From positions 62,001-126,000 of the forward strand of contig QPMI01000175.1 in NCBI GenBank assembly GCA_004431415.1: 64,000 nt of DNA, given 5' to 3'. Origin of the DNA: Cyanophora paradoxa CCMP329. Lineage: Eukaryota; Plantae; Glaucophyta. A model generated the notes under the pieces. It had not been told where the DNA came from. It saw only the letters and a program-made list of their open reading frames with translations, and searched no databases. Of this stretch, positions 1-12,276 are shown piece by piece; the first letter of the stretch is position 1, and each line of letters opens with the position of its first letter. The translations under genes and the position numbers were made by a program.

Positions 1-85
1 TCCGTTACTTTCCGGAAACGTCCGTTATAATTATCCGCCACTTTCCGTTACTTCCGTTATCTGCCACTTTCCATGCACGCCACTG
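1..85. mobile_element. Possible terminus of a DNA transposon (hAT-like TIR plus subterminal repeats), truncated by the window edge
   Basis: Short repeats TCCGTTA and CCACTTTCC occur at 1-72. The segment ends in TGCACGCCACTG (reverse complement CAGTGGCGTGCA), which resembles hAT termini. The other end and a TSD are not visible. Confidence 0.3.
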
Positions 86-3000
86 GCCAGCTTAAACTGC
101 TGGGAAAAACTCGACTCACGCGACAGTCGCGCGGCTCGCGCCACGCCGTGACGTCGACGGCGCCGCGTGGCGGCGGCCACGGCCAGCGCGCGCCGCAGCG
201 CGCCGCTGCGCGCGCGGCGCTACCGGTACCCGCGGGCCGCGGTGACACACTGTGACACGTCAACCTGAGTGAAGGAAAATCCGGTACGTCCGATCGGATC
301 GAACCGGTAGTACTACGGTAGTAGTCTGGTACTGGCGAAGGCCGAGGGGTACCGGACCGTCGATCGGATCGATTCGATTTTAATTTGTTTTATAGAAGTT
401 GCCCGACAGTTCACTGAAAGAGTCCTAGTCAAAGTCGACGTCGTGGCCCGGGCTCGCGCCGCGGCGATTGCGACGTCGCGATCGGCTCATGCAATTTGCG
501 AGCACGTGCACGTAGTACCACCGTACTACCACGTACTACGGTACCGTAGTACTACGATCGCGTCCGCACGCATTTGGCGCGCACTACGACTGCGAATCCA
601 TGTGGCATGCATTAAATTTCTCAGAGTCTTTAAAACCCAAACTGGAACCGGTTTTCGATCGATCGATTTCGATCCGCGCGCGGCTGGGCAAAATTAAAAT
701 TGCGGTTTTTAATTAAATTAACGTGCTGACATTTTGAGTTTAGTTTCACTTGGGGTAATGTGTCTGGCGTTATCGCAGCAGATTTTCGAGAATAAGCGCG
801 GTACCTAATTGTAAATCTGAAGTCAAAATTTAATATTTAATTTGTGATTCTGATGTAATTTACGTTATGCCACACTGTGTTCTCATATGCGTTGACACAA
901 CCCTAAGGTAAGTTTTCTGACCTCAATCAAACTACCGAGGATTTTTGGCTCGGCCGTCCCGTGAAGACTGAGTTTTTTTACGGGTGTCCGCATGCGTCAT
1001 AAGTAATAAGTTATAACTTAGTATCGTAGAGTGTAAAAGCGCACCGGGAACACGGGCGACCACTCCTGAAGTACAATTTAAGTTTTAGCGCGACAGATAT
1101 AGATTTATTCTTTTACTTACGGGTTCTCTAGCTTTCAGTGCGGCAACGTAGGAAGGTCTGACGCGCTGATCCAGCGTGGAATTGTACGTTATTGAGAAGT
1201 GCACAAAACTCCCGTTTCGGTCGATGCACGAAGCGTACTGATCTACGATCTACCCAAGCAACCCTTGTTCATCAAGAGAAAAATGCGGCAAAGTGGGAAA
1301 GTCTACCTCCTGCCCAGGGTATGACGAGTTCAGGCGCCAGAAGATTACTGTAATTGGGACAGCCGCTTCAGGATGCCTATCGATATCTGTCGTCAGAATT
1401 TGCAGCGCTAGCGGGCCAGGACGAAAGCATTTCATGATCAGCTAATTATATAATTATAAGGCCGCACAGTTGCATAAAAGAAGGGTCTCGTTCCCTCTTA
1501 ATAACCAGGTTCTCGCGATTGGGGAGCGCTGCCGAGATTGCACATGTGGTCATGATCAAAAATACTGGTACTGGCGAATTAAACTGAAGATTTGGGTGGC
1601 GGCCGATTGCATTTCGAATTCGCACCGAACTGATCCGATACTGCAATCAGAAAAAGTGCAATGGATCGCTGCTGGCGATCGCGTATAGGCACCGAGACGA
1701 ACTGGAGCTCATTTCCCCCGCCGCCGGCCAGGACCGCCAACAAGTCTCCGGCGAGCGCTGGGAAATCAGAGGAGGTGAACTCTCTGCATGCACGGTACAA
1801 GGCCGTGTCGGATCGAGGCTGCGATATCGATGTATCTGACACGATCAAACTTCGCACCGATCGCCCAGATTGCGGACAATTCTTGCAGCGAGGCGAATAG
1901 ATGTTCGTTCAGAGATGTTCCGAAGACTCCAAAAGTACTGCGCATGAGCCCGGATCATATGCATGATATCGATCTTAATGAGCGCTCCCATTCCAGAGCT
2001 TGGGCGAAGCCTAGGCAAGCGGCCGCCGCGGCCGCCTCGTGCGCGTGCGCGCGCGCGCCAACCTGGTTGACGCGATGCCCGATTTGCTCCAAGTAGTAGA
2101 AGGAGAGCTGAGTCGGAATTTTGGCATCAATCAGCTTTGAAGCGACGATCAAGACAGGAACCTGATTCGCTGTCCTGTTCGCGTACACGCTGGAGACGAC
2201 GGCGATGATCTGCGCGAAGAATGATCATGAGCTCCACGCGTACGCATGCGGGAACTTGCAATTGAGAGCGCGCGCGGGGCGCGCGCCACTACCGACGAGA
2301 CCAGAAGAAAGATGAAGATGGGAAAGATGCAAGCAACGAGCCTAGGCAGGAGGTCGAGGGTGCACGTGAGCGCGCGAGTTTTGCGAAAGGCGTCAATTCC
2401 ATGCATATGTGCGCGCGTGCACCCGACGTGGAATCGAGTTCCTGGACGCTTGAAGGCGCGCAAGAAGCGCTGCCGGCGCCCAGCGGGGGACGGCACCGCC
2501 TCCGGATCCATTTCACAGTCCGGCTTCGGATTCTTTCTTGAGCTTCGAATTCGCATTTCTTCGATCTTCTCTCTCGAAATCAACCATATATAAGAATTCG
2601 ATAGATCGCATGCAATTGATTCTCCTCGCGCGATCTTCTCCTCTGCTTTGATATTGAAGTCTCTCTAAATTAATCAAGCTCGAGCTAGCTCCCGATATAT
2701 ATTATATACGCGCTACATACATAGCTAGCGTGCATCGATATCCATGGGGGTTCGCCCCACCGCGCAACAACATATATCTATATAGCGCTAGCTAGCGTGC
2801 ATGAGTACGTCATTGCAATTGCGCCTGATCCGATGATCATGAGCCCAGCTCTTCACAAGACCCGGGGTCCATTTGTATCGATCTAGAGTCAACGATTGTT
2901 CGTGCATTTAATTAATTTAGTCTTAACAAGATCATATATATATATATATATATATAATAAAAGAATAATGCCTCGATGAATTAGTGAGCTGCCCGCCGCT

Positions 3001-4057
3001 GAGCCGCTGGTCATGATCATGAGCCGTGAGTACGCCCTGCACGCACGTACGGCCATTACGGTCGTACCGCATGGCTTTCTTCCCCGCCCTGGTCCCGTCT
3101 CGCGATCGCCTCCCGCAGCGGGAAGGCCGACCGGTACCGTTGGGTCCTCCTCCTCATCGCGATCGTCCCCAGATCTAGACAACGCTCGATCCGAATCTAC
3201 GACGGCGGCAATCGGAGCCGGCCCGACCGCGCGGCCGGACCGCGCCGCCCTAGGCCTAGCTAGCTATAGGCCTTGATCTGGCCCAGTGGTCCGAATCTGG
3301 CTTCGACGGGACGACGAGCCCGCGGCCGGCCCTTCGCCCCGTCAGGATCTCTCTGGACGGACCTCGACAGATGCCTGTGACGGACCCATTCAGATCGATC
3401 GCGTACGTACTCATCGTACTCATCGTACTCATCCGGGATTTCCCAGACAGGCCCTGCGCGGACCTTATAAGAAGGTCCTTAAGCTGCCTTGCAGTTGCGC
3501 GGACCAGACCAGATCTAAAGCTTGCAGTTGAGCTGCCTTAAGCTTGCAATTGTGCTGTCGAGGGCTGGAGAGGGGGCCGGCGCCGGGGCGCAGCGCCCTC
3601 CGAAGCAAACTTGAAACTTCAGCATGGCGAGACATTCGCGCGAAACACTGTGACAATGTGAGACAGTGTGAGTCCCTATACCCCGGTAGCTACCCAGCTA
3701 TCATAGTATACCCCTACTATACCGGTATGCGGCTACTATGCGCCGGCCTGCGCCGGCGCCGGCGCGGCGCCGCGCCGGCCCGCGGCCGCGCGCATGCGCA
3801 GACAGGCAGCGCAGTGCGCACTGCCGCAGTGCAGCAGCTGCAGGCTGCAGCTGCAGCCTGCAGCTGCTGCGCATGCCGGCCCAGTGCCGGGCAGAGCCTC
3901 GGAGATCAATATCGCTGAGTCGACTCGGCCATACCGCCGGGCCGATCCGATCTCATGATGATCTGCTCTGCCAGGCCTATAGCTAGGCCCTAGGCTGATC
4001 CGGATCTCCGGATCTGTATTCCGAACTCATCATGATTCATGATTCATGACCACGTGC

Positions 4058-5297
4058 ACCGTGACTCAGCGGTACTACGGTATCGAAAATCTCCATGAAT
4101 TCAGGAAGCTTATCCGAGCGCTAGGGGCCCGGGGAACTTCCCCGGCGGCTGCCCGGCGGCCAGCCTGGCAGGCATGACTGCCACTGCCAGTGAGTCGGCA
4201 CTGATCATGACTGCCAGACTGTGCCAGTGCCGCATGGCTGGCCATGGCAAATTGTGGCAAATCACTGGAAAGCTATACAGTAGCGCTCAGGATCGAGCTC
4301 GAGCTCATGATCATCATCGGTCCGAGACATCGGATGATCGATCGAATTCGAATTCCCGGTTCCGATCGCGTCGTCCATCGCGATCGCGATCGCCGTGTTG
4401 ATGCCAGATATAAATCATTCTTCAAAAAAATTGCCGCAAGCCCGGCCGGCAAGGGCTTGACCCCGCTGGGAGCCCAATTGCAAGCTTAAGCCCTTGCAAT
4501 TGGGGCCTGGGCCGGCCGATCGACCGGCTTGGCTTGGCTTGACGGTCTTGACCGCGAGATCCCGGGGCTTGGCTTGGTTTAAGCCGACTTTTTGGCCGGC
4601 AAGCCGCACCCCTAACCGTGACTCACTGAGTCAGCGATATCGAAAATCTCCGGATCCATGAATTCAGGAAGCTTATCCGAGCGCTATTGAATCACTGTTG
4701 ATGCGAGCCATAAATAATTAGCGGCTGCCCGGCGGCCAGCCTGGCAGGCATGACTGCCACTGCCAGTGAGTCGGCACTGATCATGACTGCCAGACTGTGC
4801 CAGTGCCGCATGGCTGGCCATGGCAAATTGTGGCAAATCACTGGAAAGCTATACAGTAGCGCTCAGGATCGAGCTCGAGCTCATGATCATCATCGGTCCG
4901 AGACATCGGATGATCGATCGAATTCGAATTCCCGGTTCCGATCGCGTCGTCCATCGCGATCGCGATCGCCGTGTTGATGCCAGATATAAATCATTCTTCA
5001 AAAAAATTGCCGCAAGCCCGGCCGGCAAGGGCTTGACCCCGCTGGGAGCCCAATTGCAAGCTTAAGCCCTTGCAATTGGGGCCTGGGCCGGCCGATCGAC
5101 CGGCTTGGCTTGGCTTGACGGTCTTGACCGCGAGATCCCGGGGCTTGGCTTGGTTTAAGCCGACTTTTTGGCCGGCAAGCCGCACCCCTAACCGTGACTC
5201 ACTGAGTCAGCGATATCGAAAATCTCCGGATCCATGAATTCAGGAAGCTTATCCGAGCGCTATTGAATCACTGTTGATGCGAGCCATAAATAATTAT
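4058..5297. repeat. 576-bp tandem duplication plus a partial third copy
   Basis: About 4146-4721 matches about 4722-5297 (identical ORF translations at offset 576). 4058-4122 is a partial copy of 4615-4686. Confidence 0.9.
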
Positions 5298-5373
5298 TTA
5301 AAAACAATTTACTCATTATCATGTGACTCCTTGAAGGCTTGAGTCGCTCCGAGTTCAAGGACTTCTATAGCTA

Positions 5374-5573
5374 CTGTAGGCGTAGTTAAATTGCCGAATT
5401 CGCCCAGAACCGGAATTGCCGTGGCGATAAATTGCCGAATCCAGAAATCTGTTCTATGGCGGGCTGAGCAGATGCCTACCCCCTACGCAATTGCCGTGGT
5501 GCTAAATTGCCGAATTCAGCCTCTCGGCAATTTTCGGCAATTTAAAACCACGTCAATTTAACTACTCCTACAG
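5374..5573. mobile_element. 200-bp MITE with ~23-bp TIRs and TA flanks (Tc1/mariner-type)
   Basis: Left end TA|CTGTAGGCGTAGTTAAATTGCCG; reverse complement of right end TA|CTGTAGGAGTAGTTAAATTGACG (2 mismatches). Internal AATTGCCG motifs are repeated in both orientations. Confidence 0.8.
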
Positions 5574-5587
5574 TACTGTTTAGAGAA

Positions 5588-7192
5588 CAAGATCCGTGCT
5601 CCTGCGGAGCACTAAGTACGGCGAAGCCTCGCGGACGCCCTCGCGGCTGTCATAGTAGGCCTATGTATAGGGCACTCAGCGACTGGCCAGCGGCCTGGCC
5701 GATCGCGAACAGCTTTCTGCAGCTGGCTGGAAGCTGGCTGGCTGACGGCCAGTCCAGCTAGCGCTGGCCGGCTAGAGGAATATTAATTTACTGAGGAAAT
5801 AAAGGCTAGGGTGGAGCAGATTGAGAAGAGATTAATTATAATATTGTTGGGAAGGAGGCCCGGGAGGGGCGAGGTTGTCGCGGCCAGGCGCATGCACAGA
5901 GCTTGCGAATCGCTTAAACAGAATCTCGCGATCGAATGCATATAGCATTGATGTGCGGGGCTGCGGAGGCGAGGGCGCGCGGAAAGACGTGCAGGTCCAT
6001 GCAGGATCGAATTTTCGGGGTCGGCTGGATTCTCGCGCCCTGTCGCGTCCTCGGAGCTCGCGAAAAGCTTAACAAAGATCTCAAATTACTATTGTAGCGA
6101 TGCGCACGCGCGAGGATGCGAGGGCGCGCGGAAAGCTGTGCAGGTCCGTCCAGGATCGAATTTTCGGCGTCGGCTCGCGGCCCGGCACATCTGCAATGCG
6201 TGCGGAAGGCTTTGTCTACATCTGAAATGCTTATCATATTGTTCCGCGCATGCGCCGCGGCGTTGGCGCACGGAAAGATGTCCGGGTCTGTTCAGAATCG
6301 ATTTTTTACCGTCGGCTGGGTTGTCGTGCTCTTCCGCGTCTTCAAAGCTTGTGGAAGGCTTCAAAAAAATGTGAAATGAATATTGTAGCGATGCGCATGC
6401 GCGAGGATGCGAGCGCGCAAGAAAAGGTCTTCAGGTCTGTAGAGGATCGAATTTTCGGGGTCGGCTGGGTCCTCGCGGCCCGGCGCATACGCAAAGCGTG
6501 CGGAAGGCTTCTTCTACATCTCAAATGCTTATGCTATTCTTCCGCGCATGTGCCGCGGCGCGGGCGCGCGGAAAGATGTCCGGGGCTGTGCAGGATCGAA
6601 TTTTTGCCACCGGGAGCCTTCCTGCGCTGTTCCGGCTCCGAAAAGCGGATCGCTGGAGTGCGCAGGTCCTGCTATGTCTATGCGCGCCCGTACGCATCGA
6701 TTGCGCACGTCGCGGGACCGGCCGGAACCGGCCGGATCAAATTTTCGGCCGACTCTTCGCACTGGAGCGTCGAGGGTGCCCGAAATCGAGCCTGCCGCGA
6801 TGCGCTCGCGCTCGCGCGTCATTCTGTATCGTTCTGGGGCGTCCCTGGCGCGATTTCGTCGCGGGACCGGGCGGGACCGGGTCCCACCTTCTGACTCGGA
6901 CTGCATGTGTCGGAGGTTAAGTACCGGAATTGATCCAGAGGGAAATTCGATTTTCGCGCGACGCCCACGGGAGAGCGGTCGTCTTAGGGGAGCCAGGACG
7001 CTAAAAATGGATGTAGAGGGGTCTGTGGGGGTTCGGGCAGCTGTGTAATGTCCATCAATCGCGTCTGTGTCGAGGCAGAATTAATAATTCTGCCTCGAGG
7101 GAGTGTGACACGGAAATTATTTAGCAGGGGGGATCTTGAGTGGAAAAAAAGGTTAAAAAAGGAATTTCGGTCGGCGGTTTTTGGGTTTGAGA
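5588..7192 (-). mobile_element. Non-autonomous Helitron2/Helentron-like copy U1 (subtype A), lacking the 5' 16 nt
   Basis: Starts (+ strand) with the family 3' end CAAGATCC-GTGCTCC/TGC/GGAGCAC hairpin-GGCGAAGCCTC and ends TTTTGGGTTTGAGA, joined directly to the next 3' end. Near-identical to 15079-16683. Confidence 0.85.
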
Positions 7193-8563
7193 CAAGATCC
7201 GTGCTCCTGCGGAGCACTAAGTACGGCGAAGCCTCGCGGACGCCCTCGCGGCTGTCACAGTAGGAGGCCAGCTGGACCCGGCCCCGCCCAGCTGCATGGC
7301 CGGGTTTCGCCGGCTTGGCACCGGCCATGCGCTGGCCCGCTTTAGCCAGCTCGAGGGAGAGCTGGCTGGCCAGAGAGCAATGTAATGAGGAGAGGGAATA
7401 TATAATTAACTAGGGGAGACCGGAGTTGAACCGGTAACGCTTGCTTTTAACTGGTGGAGCAGATTGAGAGGAGATTAACTATATAATATTGTTGGGAGGG
7501 AGGCCGCCGGGCCTGGGAGGGCGAGGTTCTCGCGGCCAGGCGCATGCACAGAGCTTGGGAATCGCTTAAACAGAATCTAGAATGCATATAGCATCGATGT
7601 GCAGGGGTGCGGAGGCAAGGGCACACGGAAAGCTTTGCAGGCCTGGCCAGGATCGAATTTTCGGGGTCGGCTGGATTCTCGCGCCCTGTCGCATCTCTAG
7701 AGTTCGCGAAAAGCTTGACAAAGATCTCAAACTACTGTTGTAGGGATGCGCACGCGTGAGGATGCGAGGGCGCGCGGAAAGCTGTGCAGGTCCGTCCAGG
7801 ATCGAATTTTCGGCGTCGGCTGGGTCCTCGCGGCCCGGCGCATTTAGAGACCGTGCGGAATGCTTTGTCTACATCTCAAATGCTTATACTATTGCTCCGC
7901 GCATGCGCCGCGGCGTTGGCGCGCGGAAAGCTGTCCAGGTTTGTGCAGGATCGAATTTTTGATGTCCGGTACCTTCTTGCGCTATTCCGGCTCCGAAAAG
8001 CAGATTTCGGGGGTGCGCAGGCCCTGCTATGTCTATGCGCGCCAGTACGCATCGAATGCGCGCCTCGCGGAACCGGCCGGAACCGGCCGGATCAAATTTT
8101 CGGCCTACTGTTCGGACTGGAGCGTTGACGGCGCCCGAAATCGAGCTTGCGTCGATGCGCTCGCCCTCGCCCGTCACTCTTTATCGTTCTGGGGCGTCCC
8201 TGGCGCGATTTCGTCGCGGGACCGGGCGGGACCGGGTCCCACCTTCTGACCTGGACTGCATTTGTCGGAGGTTAAGGACCGGATTTGATCCAGAGGGAAA
8301 TTTGATATTCGCGCGACGCCCACGGGGGAGCGGTCGTCTTAGGGGAGCCAGGACGCTAAAAATGGATCTAGAGAGGTGTGTGGGGGTTAGGGTAGCTGAG
8401 TCATTAGCGGCAATCGTGACCGTGTCGAGGCAGAATTAATAATTCTGCCTCGAGGGAGTGCGACACGGAAATTATTTATCAGGGGGGATCTCGAGTGGAA
8501 AAAAAGGTTAAAAAAGGAATTTATATCGGCGGTTTTTGGGTTTGAGAAAGAGGCTTCGCCTGA
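7193..8563 (-). mobile_element. Non-autonomous copy U2 (subtype B), complete with one 16-bp cap
   Basis: Family 3' end at 7193 and cap AAGAGGCTTCGCCTGA at 8548-8563. Near-identical to 9744-11098. Confidence 0.85.
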
Positions 8564-9743
8564 CAAGATCCGTGCTCCTGCGGAGCACTAAGTACGGCGA
8601 AGCCTCGCGGACGCCCTCGCGGCTGTCACAGTAGGCCTATAGGGCACTGGCCAGCGGCCTGGCCGATCGCGAACAGCTTTCTGGTTGGAAGCTGGCCGGC
8701 TGACGGCCAGTCCAGCTACCGCTGGCCGGCTAGAGGAATATAACTAGAGGAATATTAATGTACTGAGGAAATAAAGGGAGGCCGGAGCAGGTTGAGATTA
8801 GAGGAGATGAATTATATATAATATTGTTGAGAGGGAGGCCCGGGAGGGGCAAGGTTCTCGCGGCCAGGCGCATGCACAGAGCTTGCGAATCGCTTAAACA
8901 GAATCTTGAATGCATATAGCTATAGCATCGATGTGCGGGGCTGCGGAGCTCGAGGCGAGGGCGCGCGGAAAGATGTGCAGGTCCATGCAGGATCGAATTT
9001 TCGGGGTCGGCTGGGTCCTCGCGGCCCGTCGCATACGCAAAGCGTGCGGAAGACTTTGCCTACATCTTAAATGCTTATGCTATCGTTCCGCGCATGCGCC
9101 GCGGCGTGGGCGCGCGGAAAGATGTCAGGGCGCGTGCAGGATCGAATTTTGGCCGTCGGGTACCTTCCTGCGCTGTTCCGGCTCCGAAAAGCGGATTTCG
9201 GGGTGCGCAGGCCCTGCTATGTCCATGCGCGCCAGTACGCATCGATTGCGCGCGTCGCGGGACCGGGCGGGACCGGCTAGCGCTGGATCAAATTTTCGGC
9301 CGACTCTTCGCACTGGAGCGTCGACGGCGCTTGAAATCGAGCTTGCGGCGATGCGCTCGCCCTCGCGCGGCATTCTGTATCGTTCTGGGGCGTCCCTGGC
9401 GCGATTTCGTCGCGGGACCGGGCGGGACCGGGTCCCACCTTCTGACTCGGACTGCATTTGTCGGAGGTTAAGTACCGGAATTGATCCAGAGGGAAATTCG
9501 ATTTTCGCGCGACGCCCACGGGCGAGCGGTCGTCTTAGGGGAGCCACGACGCTAAAAATGGATCTAGAGAGGTCTGTGGGGGTTAGGGTAGCTGAGTCAT
9601 TAGCGGCAATCGCGTCCGTGTCGAGGCAGAATTAATAATTCGTCCTCGAGGGAGTGCGACGCGGAAATTATTTAGCAGGGGGGATCTTGAGTGGAAAAAA
9701 AGGTTAAAAAAGGAATTTATATCGGCGGTTTTTGGGTTTGAGA
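8564..9743 (-). mobile_element. Non-autonomous copy U3 (subtype C), no cap
   Basis: Family 3' end at 8564; ends TTTGAGA at 9743. Confidence 0.85.
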
Positions 9744-11098
9744 CAAGATCCGTGCTCCTGCGGAGCACTAAGTACGGCGAAGCCTCGCGGACGCCCTCGC
9801 GGCTGTCACAGTAGGAGGCCAGCTGGACCCGGCCCCGCCCAGCTGCATGGCCGGGTTTCGCCGGCTTGGCACCGGCCATGGGCTGGCCCGCTTTAGCCAG
9901 CTCGAGGGAGAGCTGGCTGGCCAGAGAGCAATGTAATGAGGAGAGGGAATATATAATTAACTAGGGGAGACCGGAGTTGAACCGGTAACGCTTGCTTTTA
10001 ACTGGTGGAGCAGATTGAGAGGAGATTAACTATATAATATTGTTGGGAGGGAGGCCGCCGGGCCTGGGAGGGGCGAGGTTCTCGCGGCCAGGCGCATGCA
10101 CAGAGCTTGGGAATCGCTTAAACAGAATCTAGAATGCATATAGCATCGATGTGCAGGGGTGCGGAGGCAAGGGCACACGGAAAGCTTTGCAGGCCTGGCC
10201 AGGATCGAATTTTCGGGGTCGGCTGGATTCTCGCGCCCTGTCGCATCTCTAGAGTTCGCGAAAAGCTTGACAAAGATCTCAAACTACTGTTGTAGGGATG
10301 CGCACGCGTGAGGATGCGAGGGCGCGCGGAAAGCTGTGCAGGTCCGTCCAGGATCGAATTTTCGGCGTCGGCTGGGTCCTCGCGGCCCGGCGCATTTAGA
10401 GACCGTGCGGAATGCTTTGTCTACATCTCAAATGCTTATGCTATCGTTCCGCGCATGCGCCGCGGCGTTGGCGCGCGGAAAGCTGTCCAGGTTTGTGCAG
10501 GATCGAATTTTTGATGTCCGGTACCTTCTTGCGCTATTCCGGCTCCGAAAAGCAGATTTCGGGGTGCGCAGGCCCTGCTATGTCTATGCGCGCCAGTACG
10601 CATCGAATGCGCGCCTCGCGGAACCGGCCGGAACCGGCCGGATCAAATTTTCGGCCTACTGTTCGGACTGGAGCGTTGACGGCGCCCGAAATCGAGCTTG
10701 CGTCGATGCGCTCGCCCTCGCCCGTCACTCTTTATCGTTCTGGGGCGTCCCTGGCGCGATTTCGTCGCGGGACCGGGCGGGACCGGGTCCCACCTTCTGA
10801 CCTGGACTGCATTTGTCGGAGGTTAAGGACCGGATTTGATCCAGAGGGAAATTTGATATTCGCGCGACGCCCACGGGGGAGCGGTCGTCTTAGGGGAGCC
10901 AGGACGCTAAAAATGGATCTAGAGAGGTGTGTGGGGGTTAGGGTAGCTGAGTCATTAGCGGCAATCGTGACCGTGTCGAGGCAGAATTAATAATTCTGCC
11001 TCGAGGGAGTGCGACACGGAAATTATTTATCAGGGGGGATCTCGAGTGGAAAAAAAGGTTAAAAAAGGAATTTATATCGGCGGTTTTTGGGTTTGAGA
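9744..11098 (-). mobile_element. Non-autonomous copy U4 (subtype B), no cap
   Basis: Family 3' end at 9744; ends TTTGAGA at 11098. Confidence 0.85.
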
Positions 11099-12276
11099 CA
11101 AGATCCGTGCTCCTGCGGAGCACTAAGTACGGCGAAGCCTCGCGGACGCCCTCGCGGCTGTCACAGTAGGCCTATAGGGCACTGGCCAGCGGCCTGGCCG
11201 ATCGCGAACAGCTTTCTGGTTGGAAGCTGGCCGGCTGACGGCCAGTCCAGCTACCGCTGGCCGGCTAGAGGAATATAACTAGAGGAATATTAATGTACTG
11301 AGGAAATAAAGGGAGGCCGGAGCAGGTTGAGATTAGAGGAGATGAATTATATATAATATTGTTGAGAGGGAGGCCCGGGAGGGCAAGGTTCTCGCGGCCA
11401 GGCGCATGCACAGAGCTTGCGAATCGCTTAAACAGAATCTTGAATGCATATAGCTATAGCATCGATGTGCGGGGCTGCGGAGCTCGAGGCGAGGGCGCGC
11501 GGAAAGATGTGCAGGTCCATGCAGGATCGAATTTTCGGGGTCGGCTGGGTCCTCGCGGCCCGTCGCATACGCAAAGCGTGCGGAAGACTTTGCCTACATC
11601 TTAAATGCTTATGCTATCGTTCCGCGCATGCGCCGCGGCGTGGGCGCGCGGAAAGATGTCAGGGCGCGTGCAGGATCGAATTTTGGCCGTCGGGTACCTT
11701 CCTGCGCTGTTCCGGCTCCGAAAAGCGGATTTCGGGGGTGCGCAGGCCCTGCTATGTCCATGCGCGCCAGTACGCATCGATTGCGCGCGTCGCGGGACCG
11801 GGCGGGACCGGCTAGCGCTGGATCAAATTTTCGGCCGACTCTTCGCACTGGAGCGTCGACGGCGCTTGAAATCGAGCTTGCGGCGATGCGCTCGCCCTCG
11901 CGCGGCATTCTGTATCGTTCTGGGGCGTCCCTGGCGCGATTTCGTCGCGGACCGGGCGGGACCGGGTCCCACCTTCTGACTCGGACTGCATTTGTCGGAG
12001 GTTAAGTACCGGAATTGATCCAGAGGGAAATTCGATTTTCGCGCGACGCCCACGGGCGAGCGGTCGTCTTAGGGAGCCACGACGCTAAAAATGGATCTAG
12101 AGAGGTCTGTGGGGGTTAGGGTAGCTGAGTCATTAGCGGCAATCGCGTCCGTGTCGAGGCAGAATTAATAATTCGTCCTCGAGGGAGTGCGACGCGGAAA
12201 TTATTTAGCAGGGGGGATCTTGAGTGGAAAAAAAGGTTAAAAAAGGAATTTATATCGGCGGTTTTTGGGTTTGAGA
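11099..12276 (-). mobile_element. Non-autonomous copy U5 (subtype C), no cap
   Basis: Family 3' end at 11099; ends TTTGAGA at 12276. Confidence 0.85.

Noticed and set aside
700-2600. Possible multi-exon minus-strand gene (ORFs 1250-1435, 1579-1857, 1955-2188)
   Set aside because: Some protein-like stretches exist, but I found no recognisable domain and could not build a consistent splice model.
4122-4614. hAT-like element bounded by TAGGGG...CCCCTA
   Set aside because: The TIR match is short and imperfect with no TSD. It is described only as a tandem duplication.
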